A stretch of 64,000 bases of DNA, from NCBI GenBank assembly GCA_028534125.1, contig CM052817.1, positions 63,738,001 through 63,802,000 of the forward strand, given 5' to 3'. Both the position numbers and the translations under genes were made by a program. The first letter of the stretch is position 1. Each line of letters begins with the position of its first letter. This document shows positions 51,153 through 64,000 of the stretch, piece after piece. The notes beneath the pieces are model-generated. The model was given only the letters and a program-made list of their open reading frames with translations. It did no database searches and was not told the DNA's origin. The DNA comes from Lama glama. Taxonomy: Eukaryota.

Positions 51153-51560
51153 TGTCAGTTATGCATAATTTTGTCTGCAAGTAACAGAAAACCCACCTAC
51201 TGGCTTAAACAAATGGGTATTTATTTCTCTCACATAACAAGAAGTCTTAAGTCTTATGGCTTCTAGTGATGAGTCAACTGTCCTTTGTGTATGTGATTCT
51301 ACCAGTTGTTCTCTCATGTTGGCAAGACAGCTGCCACAGCTAAGTTCTCACATCTGTCTCTGACTTCATCCCTCGCTCACTTCAGTCACACTGACCCCTG
51401 TTCCACTGCCAGAATACGATTACAAAATCAACCTAACTGGAGGAAAGGATGGAAAAGACAGTATTTAGCTCTTCCGGCCCCTATGGTGGACAGAGAAAGG
51501 GATGGGGAAGGGAGTGGGGGGCATAAGTGTGATGTTAGCCAACCAGCAAAAATCTTCCAT
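51153..51560 (-). mobile_element. MaLR LTR (MLT1J/K-like)
   Basis: tgtcagttatgcataattttgtctgcaagtaacagaaaaccc...tggcttaaacaaatgggtatttatttctctcacataacaagaagtc. Confidence 0.7.
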
Positions 51561-51579
51561 GTGTGTAATATATCTTTTT

Positions 51580-51760
51580 AGCTAAGCTTTAAAACTTCAT
51601 GGTAGGCACTTTTATGATATCCCTTGATTGCTTAAGTAAATCAAAAGTTAAGGTTATCAAGCAACTTACCCAAGGTCCCACAACTATTAAGAGTGGCAAT
51701 GCTAGAGTTTTAATCCATGGTGTCAAATTTTTAACTATATACTCTTAACAATAAGGCACA
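51580..51760 (-). mobile_element. MIR SINE
   Basis: aagcaacttacccaaggtcccacaactattaagagtggcaatgctagag. Confidence 0.65.
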
Positions 51761-52885
51761 TAAGAATTTCTGTCCAAGTTTTTAGTGTACCTTCCTTTAT
51801 AGCCTTTGTACTTGGAACTTTCTACAAATTTGAGGACCTTTTTTTTTGCCAATTCTGCACATGCTGGCGTGTTAAAATTACTTTCCCTTATCCTCTTTAT
51901 TGGGATCACTTTCCATTTCATACTTGTACAGTCTTTAAAGTAACTCTTTCCTCATGAGATGTTCTGTTTTAGGATTTCATAAAGCCTATATTTTCTTATT
52001 TTACATGTAGCCTAATATTTCCTTAAGACAAAAAAATGCATTTTTACATGGAAATTTACAGAAATGAAAATATAAATTTAGAAGTGAGGCAGGTAGTCTT
52101 GATTGCTTGTTCAACAGCTGTTACTCGCTCTTTACCTTTGCTTACAGATTCATTTTTTATTCAGAGGTTGGGATATCTGTTAGCCTCCCGAGTCCCTCAT
52201 GACCCAAAGCAAAGAACTTGACTAGGTCTATTTAATGTTCCCCCAATGAATATTCAGATATGGTCATGTTTCAAAATCATGGGTATTAAGGGCTAAGGGA
52301 AAGTCTTGAGAAGTTTTTGGAAAGTTTTACTTTTTTTTTTATAAAGTTAGACAAATTAGTGCCTCCCCTATTTCTACATTTATTCATTGTCATATGAGGA
52401 CATGATGTGTGGAGCTGCTGCAGTCTCTTTGCCATGAAGTAAAAGGCCTCTAAGGTTCACAGACCAGAAAGAAGAAAACCACTTGCATCTTGACTTGTTG
52501 CTGATTTACTGAAAACTGGAAGCACAAACCTGTAATATTACTGCCATAGTAGAAGAGAAACTCTTAATAATCAAGAAATGTTAAAATATGTCTCATAGTT
52601 TAAATGTGAATGTTATTATTTGGTCATTGTTCATACAATTTAATGAAAGTAAATGTTATTAAAGTGCACTATAGATGCCAGAAATAAGAACCGTAAGTCA
52701 GAAAAAACAGAAAGGTTAGTTCATTGAAAGGAAGCCAAACTGTTCAGAGATTTACCATAATAATCCAGAGCTTTCTTCACAAGAATAATTTCATTTCCAA
52801 CTTGTGAAAAATCTGATTATTAAACAAAGAGAACTAAAAATGATTTGAGAAGAGGGGTGCACATAATATTTCTAATCATGTAGAT

Positions 52886-53176
52886 CAAGGGTCAAAAGGA
52901 CTAGGTAGTAAATACATGGTGTCTGTTGCAACCACTCAATTCTACCATTGTAGCACAAAAGCAGCAGCAGCCAATTTGTCAACAAATGAACATGATTGTG
53001 TTCCAAAAACACTTCTATTTATGGACACTGAGATTGAGTTTCATATACTTTAGCACAAAATAGTACTCATATTTTGACTTTTTTTTTTCAAACATCAATG
53101 CTAAATTATTTTAAGCTCATAGGCCATACAAAAATAGCAGAATTTTGGTTTGCAGGCCATCGTTTGCCAAATCCTG
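52886..53176 (+). mobile_element. MER58B-like hAT-Charlie MITE
   Basis: ggtgtctgttgcaaccactcaattctaccattgtagcacaaaagcagc...tgtgttccaaaaacacttctatttatggacactgag...gtttgccaaatcctg. Confidence 0.8.
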
Positions 53177-53880
53177 GAGTAAGAAAAAGAATTTTAGTAG
53201 TCTAATTTCTTTCTAACTACTTCCTTACTACCACAAAAAGAAGTCTAATTCCATATCTCTCCAGGGCTTTGGGAAAGTCTGTTTTGGATATCTATTCTCT
53301 TCTCCAAGGAAGGCCTTAGTATAAAGAAACAGTTTCCAATCAGCTGCCAGAGGAATCATTACAAGGGACAAATCAATGTACATAATGAACTATGTCTATG
53401 AACAGAATAAATAAAATGATTCACAAAATCACGCGAAGCATAAAGTCAAGGAGCTTCCATGCCTCTTACTACTATTAATTTTGTCTTGCTTTACTCAAGC
53501 CTAAAAATGTGGAAGCTCTGAGACATGATAAAGCTGAAGGGGTAAGTACGTTTACCCTTTACATCTATACTGACTATACTAGTTACATAGTACATGTTCA
53601 CACTACTTTTTCATATTCAGTATCACTACATGAGTGGCTTTTACTCACTCATTATTCACTATTTTATTCTGTATCTTTTGCTAACTAAACATACTAGGGA
53701 AAATATCTATGCCAAAATAGAAATAGCAATATTATAAAAACTTACCAACTTAAATTAGGAAATAGCTCAGTCTGAATTAATAAAAATTAAAATAGAATAA
53801 TTTAAATAAATGTATTTAATTGTTGTATTGATGTACAGACAGATCCAAGGGAGAAAACTTTTGGGAGATTTACTTTAAAT

Positions 53881-54013
53881 TAGGTGACCATACATCTCAG
53901 TTAGCCCAGAACAGTGCCTAATTAGTACCCTTGTCCTGTGTGTAATTATTTATAATGGCCCATTTCATTCTGAAAAGTACATTCCTGTGGAGAATGAATA
54001 TATGGTTTCCATA
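53881..54013 (-). mobile_element. MER94-like hAT-Blackjack MITE
   Basis: taggtgaccatac...tgtcctgtgtgtaattatttataatggcccatttcattctgaaaagt...atatggtttccata, with degenerate TIRs. Confidence 0.65.
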
Positions 54014-55239
54014 ACTCTAGGAAACATATTAGGCTATTTTGTAGTCTATATCTAATAATTCTACTTTCTAAAGGTCTTGGAAAAGAACTATTTCTGATGT
54101 TTGTTCTTTCTACAAATATATTATTTACATGTGCAACTTTTAATTGTGGATTGTGAACTTTTGTTCAGCAGGGTTTATTTATGAGAATCCTGTGACGACT
54201 GGGTAAAGGGTAGTTTCGTGCAGACAGGTTTTGCTTCTGCCAAGCACCCAAGGGATAATACAACATACAACTACTTTATATGTCATTTTCTCAGGCTGAA
54301 GTCAAATCATGAAAGTAGTATATAATGCAAACATGAAACTTCAGTACAGACATAAATATGCATTCTCAGAGAAGAATTTTTTTTATTCAGGTCAAAATAA
54401 AATGCTTTCTTATAGTCTTTATTTGCTACTAGATATTTTTTCCCAGCCCATCCTTTAATTGATAATGCAGCCCTTAGAAAATTCTGGTTTTGTGTATACA
54501 TATCGGTTTCCCTTTACTCTCTGTAGTTATCAAAATGCCTACCCCTTACCCTCCACGAGGCAGTTAGTACATTAATAACTGTTTATGACTCGAGATAATA
54601 CTTCTTAGAAGCTCTTGATTTCTCTCAAGTTCAGCTCTGCATCTCAAAGGATGCTTGTTATATCTCATTCAGCATTCCTTTCTAATGTGAGGATTTTCAA
54701 AATAGCTAATCTTCCACATTTCAAAAGCCAAGTGGAATGGAGAGTGGAGAAGAAAAGAGTAAAACTAGCAAAGGATAAGTTGAAGAGGTAGGAAGAAAAC
54801 TAAACAGAAGAGTAAACAAAATTGATGTTAAGTGGGGAGAGATCTTCAAGAAGGATCTGATCAACCTATGCAGCAACAACTAGAAAGATTAAATATGAGA
54901 AAAAGAACTTTAGCTTTATAAAAAAGACTGCTAAGAACTTTAGTCATTTAAGAGCTATATTTCAGGTGGTGATACCTAAAAAATACAAACCTTATATATT
55001 TGAAGAAATTAGCTGAAAATAAAAACACAGTAGTCTCTTAAGGTAGGGGACACTTCATTAATAAGATTATTATATAAATAAAATAATTCATGGAAACCTT
55101 AAGCATGGTGCTCTGTAGACACTTAATGATCATGGTTACTTTGTCTAGTCCCTTTTCTTCTTATGAGAAAATACTACAAATACTGTAAGATGCTGTATGG
55201 CAAGAACTTCAGAACATAAAATTCTCAGGTATCAACTAC

Positions 55240-55626
55240 TGCTCAGGAAAGGGTTAACTCAGCAGGCTGGCTTGCTCAAACCCTGAGCATTTCAAAGAAA
55301 AGTCCTGTCTTATGTGACTGACCCCAAATAAAAACTGTGGACACCAGGCTCAGGTGAGTTTTCTTTTCGACAACATTTCTCACATGCTGTCACACATGAC
55401 TGCTGAAAAATTAGGTGCCTCCCTGCCACTCCACTGGGATAGGACACCTGGGACCTTGTGCCTAGTTTCTCCTGGACTCCATCTCAGGTACCTTTTCCCT
55501 TGGTTGATTTTAATCTGTATCGTTTCATTACAATAAATAGTAATTATGAGTATAACAGTTGTACCGATTCCTAAGAGTTCTAGTGAGTCACCAACTCTGG
55601 GAGTAGCCTTAGGGACCCCTAACACA
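55240..55626 (+). mobile_element. ERVL-type solo LTR (MER77/MER21 group), internally deleted
   Basis: TGctcaggaaagggttaactcagcagg...gattttaatctgtatcgtttcattacaataaatag...ttagggacccctaacaCA. Confidence 0.75.
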
Positions 55627-56544
55627 ACAGCAAAATAGTTTCGTACATTTCTTAAAGTTATGATAACCACGCAACTCATTTTCCAAATGGAGATACTTTT
55701 TGGAGGAAAATAAGATACTATTAATGGTTAGACACAAGATGGATGAGGGTCAAATAGAGGGTATTTCTATTAAGAAATTTCTATCATAAGTGAGAGGGAA
55801 AAAAAAAAAGAGTTCAATAGGGAATTAGAGATTTTTAGGAAAGAGCCAAAAGTTTGGAACAGCTACTGTGAAAAGTATTCATTGAGTCGAATAGATAGAT
55901 ATAAATGAATTGCCAAATAGTCAAGCCCTAATTGTATTTATGAGAATCAATTTGGAGTAGGTCAGATATGACCAATAGATAGAAATTTATTTGAGGTGCC
56001 CTGCAGTAAAGAAACTGAAGGAAAATAAAGTAGATCATGTGATGACTTTGAATTCTCAACTACTACAACCTGCCAATCATCCTTAGATTTTTCTTCAGAT
56101 CTCTTTCTATACATACATATTGCCATCTTCCCATTTTGGGTCCCCAGCACCTTACCAATAACACTGTAATACTCCAGAAGCTCAAGTTCTAATCTAGAAT
56201 CAAAAACCCTTTTATTACTTGTTTTTCATTAAAAAGTAGTAGATGCTCATTATATTTACAAACCATAAAAATAGAAAAACTAATTAATAAAAAATCAGTT
56301 CTATAAAACCCCTTATGATTTTGCTGCATTTACTTCCATGTCTTTTAAAGTGAATAATATTCATTATTAACACACGATTTTGTTTTACTTTCTGATGGAA
56401 TCATATTCTGTAGAAATTGTTATATATTCTTTTTCTTCAATTAATATTTTACTAAAGCATCTTATCAGCAGATCCTAAGAGTGTTTCAGAACACTCTTAT
56501 GTTTTTTTAATGACTTTATTATATTCCATCATAATGAAAAACCT

Positions 56545-56680
56545 AATACCTTCATTTTACAGATGAAAAATCTGAAGCTTAGGGAGGTTAAATGATTTCC
56601 TCAAAGTCACAGAGCTAGTCACATTAGATTTAGGATGAGAAAAATAATTTCTCTATATTTCTTGTTTAATATGTTCTAAC
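56545..56680 (-). mobile_element. MIR SINE
   Basis: cattttacagatgaaaaatctgaagcttagggaggttaaatgatttcctcaaagtcacagagctagt. Confidence 0.8.
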
Positions 56681-57304
56681 TTCACTTTAATCCACCCAAC
56701 GTAGCACTACTCATTTAATACTATTCCTAAAGTACTGATCATACCCTATCACCCTCTGCTTTAAAGCACTGGCTCACAGTTCCATAGAGAAAAATATCCA
56801 AACTCTTCACCCTACTTTTCAAGATCGTTTAAAATCTAGTTTTATACCACCTTACATGTCTTCACCCCACACATGTTCCATAATGGCTATCCTATAATGT
56901 CTATACATTAATCATCTGCTCAAATTAAGCCTATATCACTACTCTAGAATACAATATGCTAATTACAGAATCAAAGACTTATATACCTTATTTCCCTTAC
57001 CAAGATTTAATTTCCTTTTCTCTCATATATTCAAATACTAAAGTCCTTCAGGCCTCTATTCAAATCCTGTATCCTTCACAACCTTTTTCAACCACTCTAA
57101 CTCATTTTAATTTCTTAGTTCTCTGAACTCCTAGAGCTTTTTTTTTATATATAAATAGTAGAATATCTTCCTATTAGATGTAAATTATCTCAATTATTCA
57201 TTGATATGTCAATCATTCCTGCAACACTAAAGAAAAATACTCAACCATAGTGATTGGACTCACTCTAAATTCCTGAATGCAAATTTCAGATGGGTTGCTT
57301 TAAA

Positions 57305-58612
57305 ATTTTTAAAAAAAGCTGTATTGTAGTAAAATATTCAAAGCATAATAACAATTTGAAAGAGCACAACTTAGTATCATTAAATACACTCACAATGTTG
57401 TATAATCATCACCACTATCTATGCCCAAAACGTTTTCATCATCCCAACAAAATTCTGTACCCATTAAATAATAATTGCCCCCTCTGCCTTCTCCTCAACA
57501 CCTGGAAATCTCTACTTTCTATGTATTTGCTTATTCTAGGTACCTCATATAAGTAGAATTATACTATATTTGTCCTTTTGTGTCTTATTTCATAAAGTAT
57601 GATGATCTCAAGGTCTATTCATGTTACAACATATATCAACATTTCATTCCCTTTTATGGCTGAATAATATTCCATTGTATGTATATAATATGTTTTATTT
57701 ATCTACTCATCCTGGATGGACACTTGGGTTGTTTCCATCTTTTTAGCTATGAACATGGATGTACAAACATAAGTTCAAGTATATGCATTCAGTTCTTTTG
57801 TGGATCTATACATAGCAGTGGAGTTGCTGGGTCACATAGTAGTTCTATGTTTAACCATTTGCAAAATCACTACACTGTTTTCCATAACATATGCACCATT
57901 TTATATTCCCATCATCAAAACACACGGTTTCAATTTCTCCACATCCTTGCCAACATTTGCTATTTCTGTTTTTTTTTTAAATTATTATAGCCATACTAGT
58001 AGTTGTGAAGTGGTATTTCATTTTGCTTTTGATTTTCATTTCTCTAATGTCTAGTGATTCTGAGCATCTTTTCATGTGTTTATTAGTCATCTGTATATCT
58101 ACATTGGACAAATATCTACTTAAGAACTTTGCCCATTTTTTTTTAAATTGGCTTGTTTGGTTTTTTGTTGTTGAGTTGTAGGAGGTATATATAGAACTTC
58201 ACTCTTTTGCATGTGGATATCCAGTTTTCCTAGCACCATTTGTTGAAAAGATTATCTTTGCCCCCATTGAATAGTCCTGGCACTTCTGCTGAAAATCAAC
58301 TGATCATATGTATGAGGGTTTATTGTTATGCTTTCTATCACATTGGTCTAACTGTTCATATGCAAGTACCATATTTTTTTTATTACTACAGCTTTGTTTT
58401 AAGTTTTGAAGTCAAGAAATGTGAATCCTCCAACTTTATTCTTCTTTTTTAAGGTTGTTTTGGCTAACCAGGGCCCCTTGCATTTCCTTATATATTTGAG
58501 GATTGGCTTTTCAATTTCTGAGAAAATGGCTGTTGGAATTTTGACACAAATTGTGTTGAGTCACTCTGAGGAGTGATCTAAACAATATTAAACCTTCCTA
58601 TTCATGAATACA
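57305..58612 (-). mobile_element. L1MB-type 3' end and ORF2 C-terminal part (with internal deletion near 58190)
   Basis: cacaatgttgtataatcatcaccactatct...ttttatggctgaataatattccattgtatg...ttgcatgtggatatccagttttcctagcaccatttgttgaaaaga. Confidence 0.9.
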
Positions 58613-59100
58613 GTTGAAAGCTTAAGGCCGTCTCGGGTCTTTTGTAAGCCTGACTTTTCCTGGGCATCCCCTGTGTGCATGGCTGTTTTTGAGTGACCGA
58701 AAAATAACCAGGTTCTGTACTTTTAAATACCCTGGAAGGATACTAGGGACTAAAAGAATGGTTATCTGCCTTTGGTGCACCAAGCTGATCAGTATGCAAT
58801 CAGAACACAGAGTCCCAATATTTGAAATACAAAGTCCTTACTGCCCACCCTGGCTCCAACAACTCAATCCAGAAATAGGTTTCCATCCCCACTGTTGCCT
58901 GCCATGGGCAGAGTGTGAGGGTTGGGCAGTTGCTACTGCACTAAAGGCTGCAATGGAAAGATATTAACAGCAATTTACTAGCCAGGCTATCCTCTTGATA
59001 CTGCTGTGTTCAAATAGACACTTAAATTTCTGCTAGTACAACTGTTTTGTAGTAGAGGGACATTCCTGGTGCTTCCTACTCCATCATCTTTCCTGACTTC
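58613..59100 (-). mobile_element. Probable L1M 5'-UTR region adjoining the L1MB 3' piece
   Basis: caaagtccttactgcccaccctggctcc, gctactgcactaaaggctg and cttcctactccatcatctt resemble old L1M 5' ends in reverse. Confidence 0.5.
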
Positions 59101-62100
59101 ATTCCTCATCAGATGGGTTCTTAATTCCCAAATTTCTATGTCTAGACCAGACTTCTCTCCCAATCCCCAGACTTAGATATCTAATTCCCATCTCTATGAA
59201 CTCTTAACGATACCATTCATCATACTACTTCTGTCTGGTCTATGTAGTCTCCTGCTCCTAAATGACTATTTCACAACTTCTCTCTTCTCAATCACCCAAT
59301 AAATCCTCTCAGCCGGTTATAGTATCTACTGTCTCATTGAGAAAATTAATTGGAGGAGATTTCCATAGGCCCTCCATTACCATCTGCCCAACTACCAGCA
59401 TTAGCACATACAACCTTTTCTCCCCTGTCTGTTATCATAGATCTAAACTCACGGCCATGAATGCCAGACCCGAGAATCATCAAGGCCACCCTAGAATCTG
59501 CTTACCTCATTCATGACACGGGGGGAATATCCTGTGGCTAGTTTTGCTGACCATATTTTTGGAAACACCACTCTGGGTAAAATGGGTGACTGAGGTTAAT
59601 GAGGTCAAATTAAACTAACAAGGTTAATTCTGGCTTCTGCTCATCTTCAAACTTCAAAAAAAAAAAAAAAGAGAGAGAAAGACAGAAAAAGAAAAAATCT
59701 TTTTTGTGTGTGGCAAGTTCTTGGGGGAAAAGGTGTATTTTTTCATTTTTATTATTTTCATTTACCTAATAAATACCTAATAAAAATTGAGTCTTTACCT
59801 ATAGCTTCTCAAGTATAAAATATTTTTCAAGTCTAGCAGAGAATTGTACAACATATCTATTAGTAATTAAGGCATGTCCTCTAACAATGTACTTGTAACT
59901 GCAAACAGAGCATAATGTATAAAACCCTGAAAAACATTCTACCTGAATAAGTGGTTCATGGAAAGCAACATAATAGTTCAAAGGGGAAAAATTATGCTCA
60001 TGTTGTATGCTCTAGGATGTTTTGCTGTTGTAAACATTTATCAATATCTGCTCTACAACTGAGTTATCTTTATTTTCTCTGACATAAGCCTATTTTCCAC
60101 AGACATACTGCATTTTCTTTTCCCTAGTAGTATAAATTGTCCATTTCCTCAAGAAAATAAACTTTATATTCCCTTCATTTCTCTCCATCTTTATTTGTTA
60201 TGTTTATAAAATATTTAGTTCTCAAATATAGACTGGCATTGTATGTATATCTAAATTTGACCAATATTGTATTAAACAAATAAATCAGCTAAGCCTTTAA
60301 ATTAATTTATATTTACTGGGCTCCCTGAATATGCTGAAGACTGGTTGAAAGCTCTAAATTTGAATTCTTAGAAAATTATCCTCTATGAAAGATGTATAAG
60401 ATCCATCTTATTTTTATGTATTCCTATCTTTATTCCATGCTATGTTCTTTGGTTTTAAACATTTAGAAGTCCATGGGTAAAAGTCTTAGAAAACACAGCT
60501 AGGTCAGAGATGCTCTAAAAATGTAAAACAAATACTCATGACACCTGGCGTTAGATTCACATCAACAAAGAAAACCGTGTCTTCTATTGGACAAACCAAC
60601 ATTGCCTGAGTATATCTCTAATTCGTTTCCAATCAATTTTTCTCCTCTGTATTCTCTTTACTCTGCCTCTGCTTTAAAAAAAAAATTATCTTTTTCTCTC
60701 CTTCCTCTTCCCGGACAAGAGTTATTTCAAATCTTCCCACCTGTTGAAGGACGTGAATGAATCACTCCATGACACATCCTACCTTAGCATACTGTGATGT
60801 TTTATATTTAGAAATCATTAGATGGATAAACTTACTAAAAATGCAAGAGAAGTATCCCCTCCTACATTCTTTATAGATTGTTCCAATTCACTGTCTGTTC
60901 AGAAAATGATTTTGCCTCCTAGTTTAAGGAGAAATTAGTGTTTCTTAGGAGGAATTCCCTCAATTCCTTGTTCCTTCCTCTAATTTCAAGAAGTACAGGA
61001 GCATTTCCACTATTTCTATTTTCCTCCTTTCAATTTCAGCAGAATAAAACTGGTAATAGACCATTTAAAACAGTTTTTTAAATCTGCATACACCTGATTA
61101 AATCTCTATGTGCTTATCACATTGCCTCCCTTTTCTATTATCCTATCTTCTCTGGGTAGATGGACTCCTCTTTGCTATAGTAAGCGACTAGGAAATAAGG
61201 CAGCAAGCTACTACTGTTGATTATAACTCAAAACAATCATTTGTAAGAGCCGCTTAAGAATACACCTACTATTTCAAGACCTCTGGACTTTCTTCCAAGT
61301 AGTAAAAACATCAATTGAAAGATGTGTTCATAGATACGCTCTGTATTTATACTTGCTGCATATGACATGTTGTATCCATTAAGATGAAAACTTGGTACAG
61401 GACTTTTAATTGATAATTCAATTCTGTCTCTTCATTAACTCATCCTTTCATCTTTTCTTCATAACAAAAATCGTCTGAAAACTCCTCCCTGACCTTCCCC
61501 CAAAATAAAGTTAATTATATTACAAGCATCTCTTCTCCTAATTAAGCACACTATAATCACAAATGCATTTTCTTACTATAACTAACGCTAGGCAGCAATT
61601 AGGTGAATGCTCTGCTCTGTGAGATCGACTCTCAAGTGCAATATGGGCTTAACTCAGACTTGTGGTTACAAGAAAGTAAATACTTTGAAAGGAAGTCCTT
61701 CTTGAAATATTCTTTGACACTAAAAACTTTCCAATTAACACTATTTTTACTTCTAAACATATGTATGTACATACACATACACATACACATATATATCCCT
61801 AACACAAAACAACAGATCTCCTTCTGATTAATATTTACTTTATGTACAATGAGACCAAAGCATCCACTAACTCAAAAATACCAAGTTTCCAAACAAATGT
61901 ATTCATGCATTATTAGTGGTCAGTGAGTTCATCCTGTTTCTGTGTAATGTGTGTTTTCCTTGTCATTTTCTTATACATATTTAACAGGGATGTAGGTAGG
62001 TTGAATAGGTTGTGAGTTTAGCATCTGTTACTATAGCATTGGTTTTACATTAGCCTTAATTTACTATATAAAATTAAGAGCAAGACACCTACTTTCTCTG

Positions 62101-62841
62101 ACACACAGTCACCTTCACTGAAGAAAAGAAAATCTGCATTACAAAGTTGTTGGTAAACATTACTAAATGAGATATATTGTAAATGTAAGTAATTTTAATT
62201 AAAGTTATTTATAGTAATTATTTTCACATACTATTTGAAGTTGTCAGTCTAGGCTTTAGGGGAACTGAATTACTGGCCTCCAATTTTTTAAACGAGAAAT
62301 AAAATGGTATGTGAAGAGGTGGTGGCAGATATTTCAGGAAAAAATTATTTTAGTTTTTCAAACCATTTTAGAAGGACATTTGTGTGAGAACAGAGAGGCC
62401 CTAGAGGATGATCTGTAAAGAAAGGATATTTTTTAAAAGGAAATAAAAGATTCTTTTAGAAAATGAAAGATATTTGATTTTATTTTGTTCTGGCCTTCCA
62501 GACAGGAAAAGTATGAAGAACCCAATAAATTACAGAGACAAGACATTTGAGATGGGAAAACAGAAAAAGGATTTAGCAAGATGACAGAAATCTGGAAATA
62601 ATATACCTGCTAGGGAAGGGCACTGCAAAAGACCTAGGAAAATGGCTACATAATATTTACATTTGAATTGTTACCTAATGAGAAAGACAAAATACACTGG
62701 ACAATTAAGGAAACAGTTATTCAGGCCATTGCAGAGAGTGTCATGAGAAAAGATGGAGTTGGTCTTGTATCAGAGGATGTCAGGGGAGGATGATCCTTTG
62801 CCATTAGCCTTTGCAGAACACACGGAAGGGTGGGGGGCTAA

Positions 62842-63694
62842 TGCAAACTTATGTTCTCATAGCTCTAGAGGTAAGAAGTTTTAAAATGGATCTCACTGGG
62901 CTAAAATTAAGATGTCTGTGGAGCTGCATTCCTCTCTGGAAGCTCTAAGAGAGAATCCACTTTCTAGCTTCTAGTGTTACACTCCTTGGCTCACAACTCC
63001 AGTCTTCAAAGTCAGCAGTAGCATGTTAAATCTCTCTCACAATGAATCACTCTGAGCCTCCTGCTTCCCTCTTACATTTATAAGGATTCTTGTGATTATA
63101 CTGGTCCCCCTTGATAAATCCAGGATAATCTCCCTATCTCAAAATCAGCTGATTAGCAACCTGTAACCTTAATTATTCCTGCCACATATTATGGGTTGAA
63201 ACGTGTCACCCAAAAAGATATGCTGAAGTTATAATTCTCAAGACCTCAGAATGTGACCTTATTTGGAAATAGTGTTGTTGTAGATTAGTTAAAATAAGCT
63301 CGTACTGGAGGACTGTGAGTCCTTAATCTGGTATCAACTTGCTCTTATAATAAAAGCAGACAATATGACACACAGAAGGAAGATGGCCATGTGACCATGT
63401 AGGCAGGGACTGGAATGACACATCTACCAGCCAAGGAAGGCCAAGCAAACACCAGAGACTAGAAGAGGCAATAATGGATTCTCTTCCACAGGTTTCAAAG
63501 GGAGCATGCCCTCTGCTGACATCTTTATGGGAACTTCTTGCCTCTAGAGCAGTGGCTATAAATTATTGTTTAAGGCATCCAGTTTGTGATTGGTATGGCA
63601 GCTTTAGCAAATGAGTACACCTTGTAACAAGACATAGTCACAGGTTCTGAGGATTAGGATATATCTTTGGGGAGGCCACTATTCTACTACCACA
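62842..63694 (-). mobile_element. MLT1D-like MaLR LTR, interrupted by an MLT1C
   Basis: ggatctcactgggctaaaattaagatgtc...aatccaggataatctccctatctcaaaatcagctgattagcaacc | ...tcacaggttctgaggattaggat...ggccactattctactaccaca. Confidence 0.8.
63187..63619 (+). mobile_element. MLT1C-like MaLR solo LTR nested in the MLT1D
   Basis: tattatgggttgaaacgtgtcacccaaaaagatatgctgaag...cctcagaatgtgaccttatttggaaatag...gcaaatgagtaca. Decayed TSD CCACA/CCTTG. Confidence 0.82.
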
Positions 63695-64000
63695 GTCAGT
63701 TGGGGAAATGATAAAAAAATAAAAGACATTTTCCCTCTAATTAAGAAAGAACAAGATAAAAAATTTTTTTTGAAGAGATGGAAATGATGGCCTTTTTTCC
63801 TCCTAGTTCACATAGCATCCTGAGGGTTTTATCTTCCTGGAACCTCTATTAAGAATTCCAGAATTCACTTAGGAACAATTTTTCACCACCACTTTTTTGC
63901 TGGTTTTACTATTAAGTGAATTAAATGTTTAACTAATATATACGGCTACAATTTAGGAAAATACAATCAAAATAAAAAAATGCATAGCCAAAGTACAGAC

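Larger units (their letters stand above)
1..64000 (-). other. STPG2: Window lies within STPG2 introns flanking the single exon (inferred)
   Basis: The exon is internal (both splice sites present). No other PG-repeat exon, CpG island or promoter was found. STPG2 is known to have very large introns. Confidence 0.75.

Noticed and set aside
1..64000. CRISPR arrays, operons, tRNA/rRNA genes, CpG-island promoter or a novel multi-gene system
   Set aside because: The window is eukaryotic intronic DNA. I found no regularly spaced repeat-spacer arrays, long ORFs, structured RNA genes or CpG island.

Overview
This is AT-rich, CpG-depleted mammalian genomic DNA. The young LINE-1 3' ends suggest a cetartiodactyl, possibly a camelid. 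The window is almost entirely intronic. One clear protein-coding exon lies on the minus strand (31746-31861, 116 nt, AG...GT bounded) and encodes (G)PATYNPVLQKSCSIPLFVKASKRFKDSKETTPGPATYE, which I recognise as a late internal exon of STPG2 (sperm-tail PG-rich repeat protein 2). The supplied ORF track misses it. The rest is interspersed repeats (L1 of several ages, HAL1, L2, MIR, Tigger1, MER5/MER58/MER94, MaLR and ERVL/ERV1 solo LTRs) and microsatellites. I see no evidence of a new multi-gene system. The most notable oddities are: an ~80-bp target-site duplication around an L1; an unidentified ~520-bp polyadenylated retro-insert inside Tigger1; a candidate in-frame 18-nt microexon in the STPG2 orientation; and a graded AGAT>AGAC>AGGC microsatellite that replaced part of an L1. 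Repeat family names come from my recall of consensus sequences, and boundaries are approximate unless a TSD or terminus is quoted.
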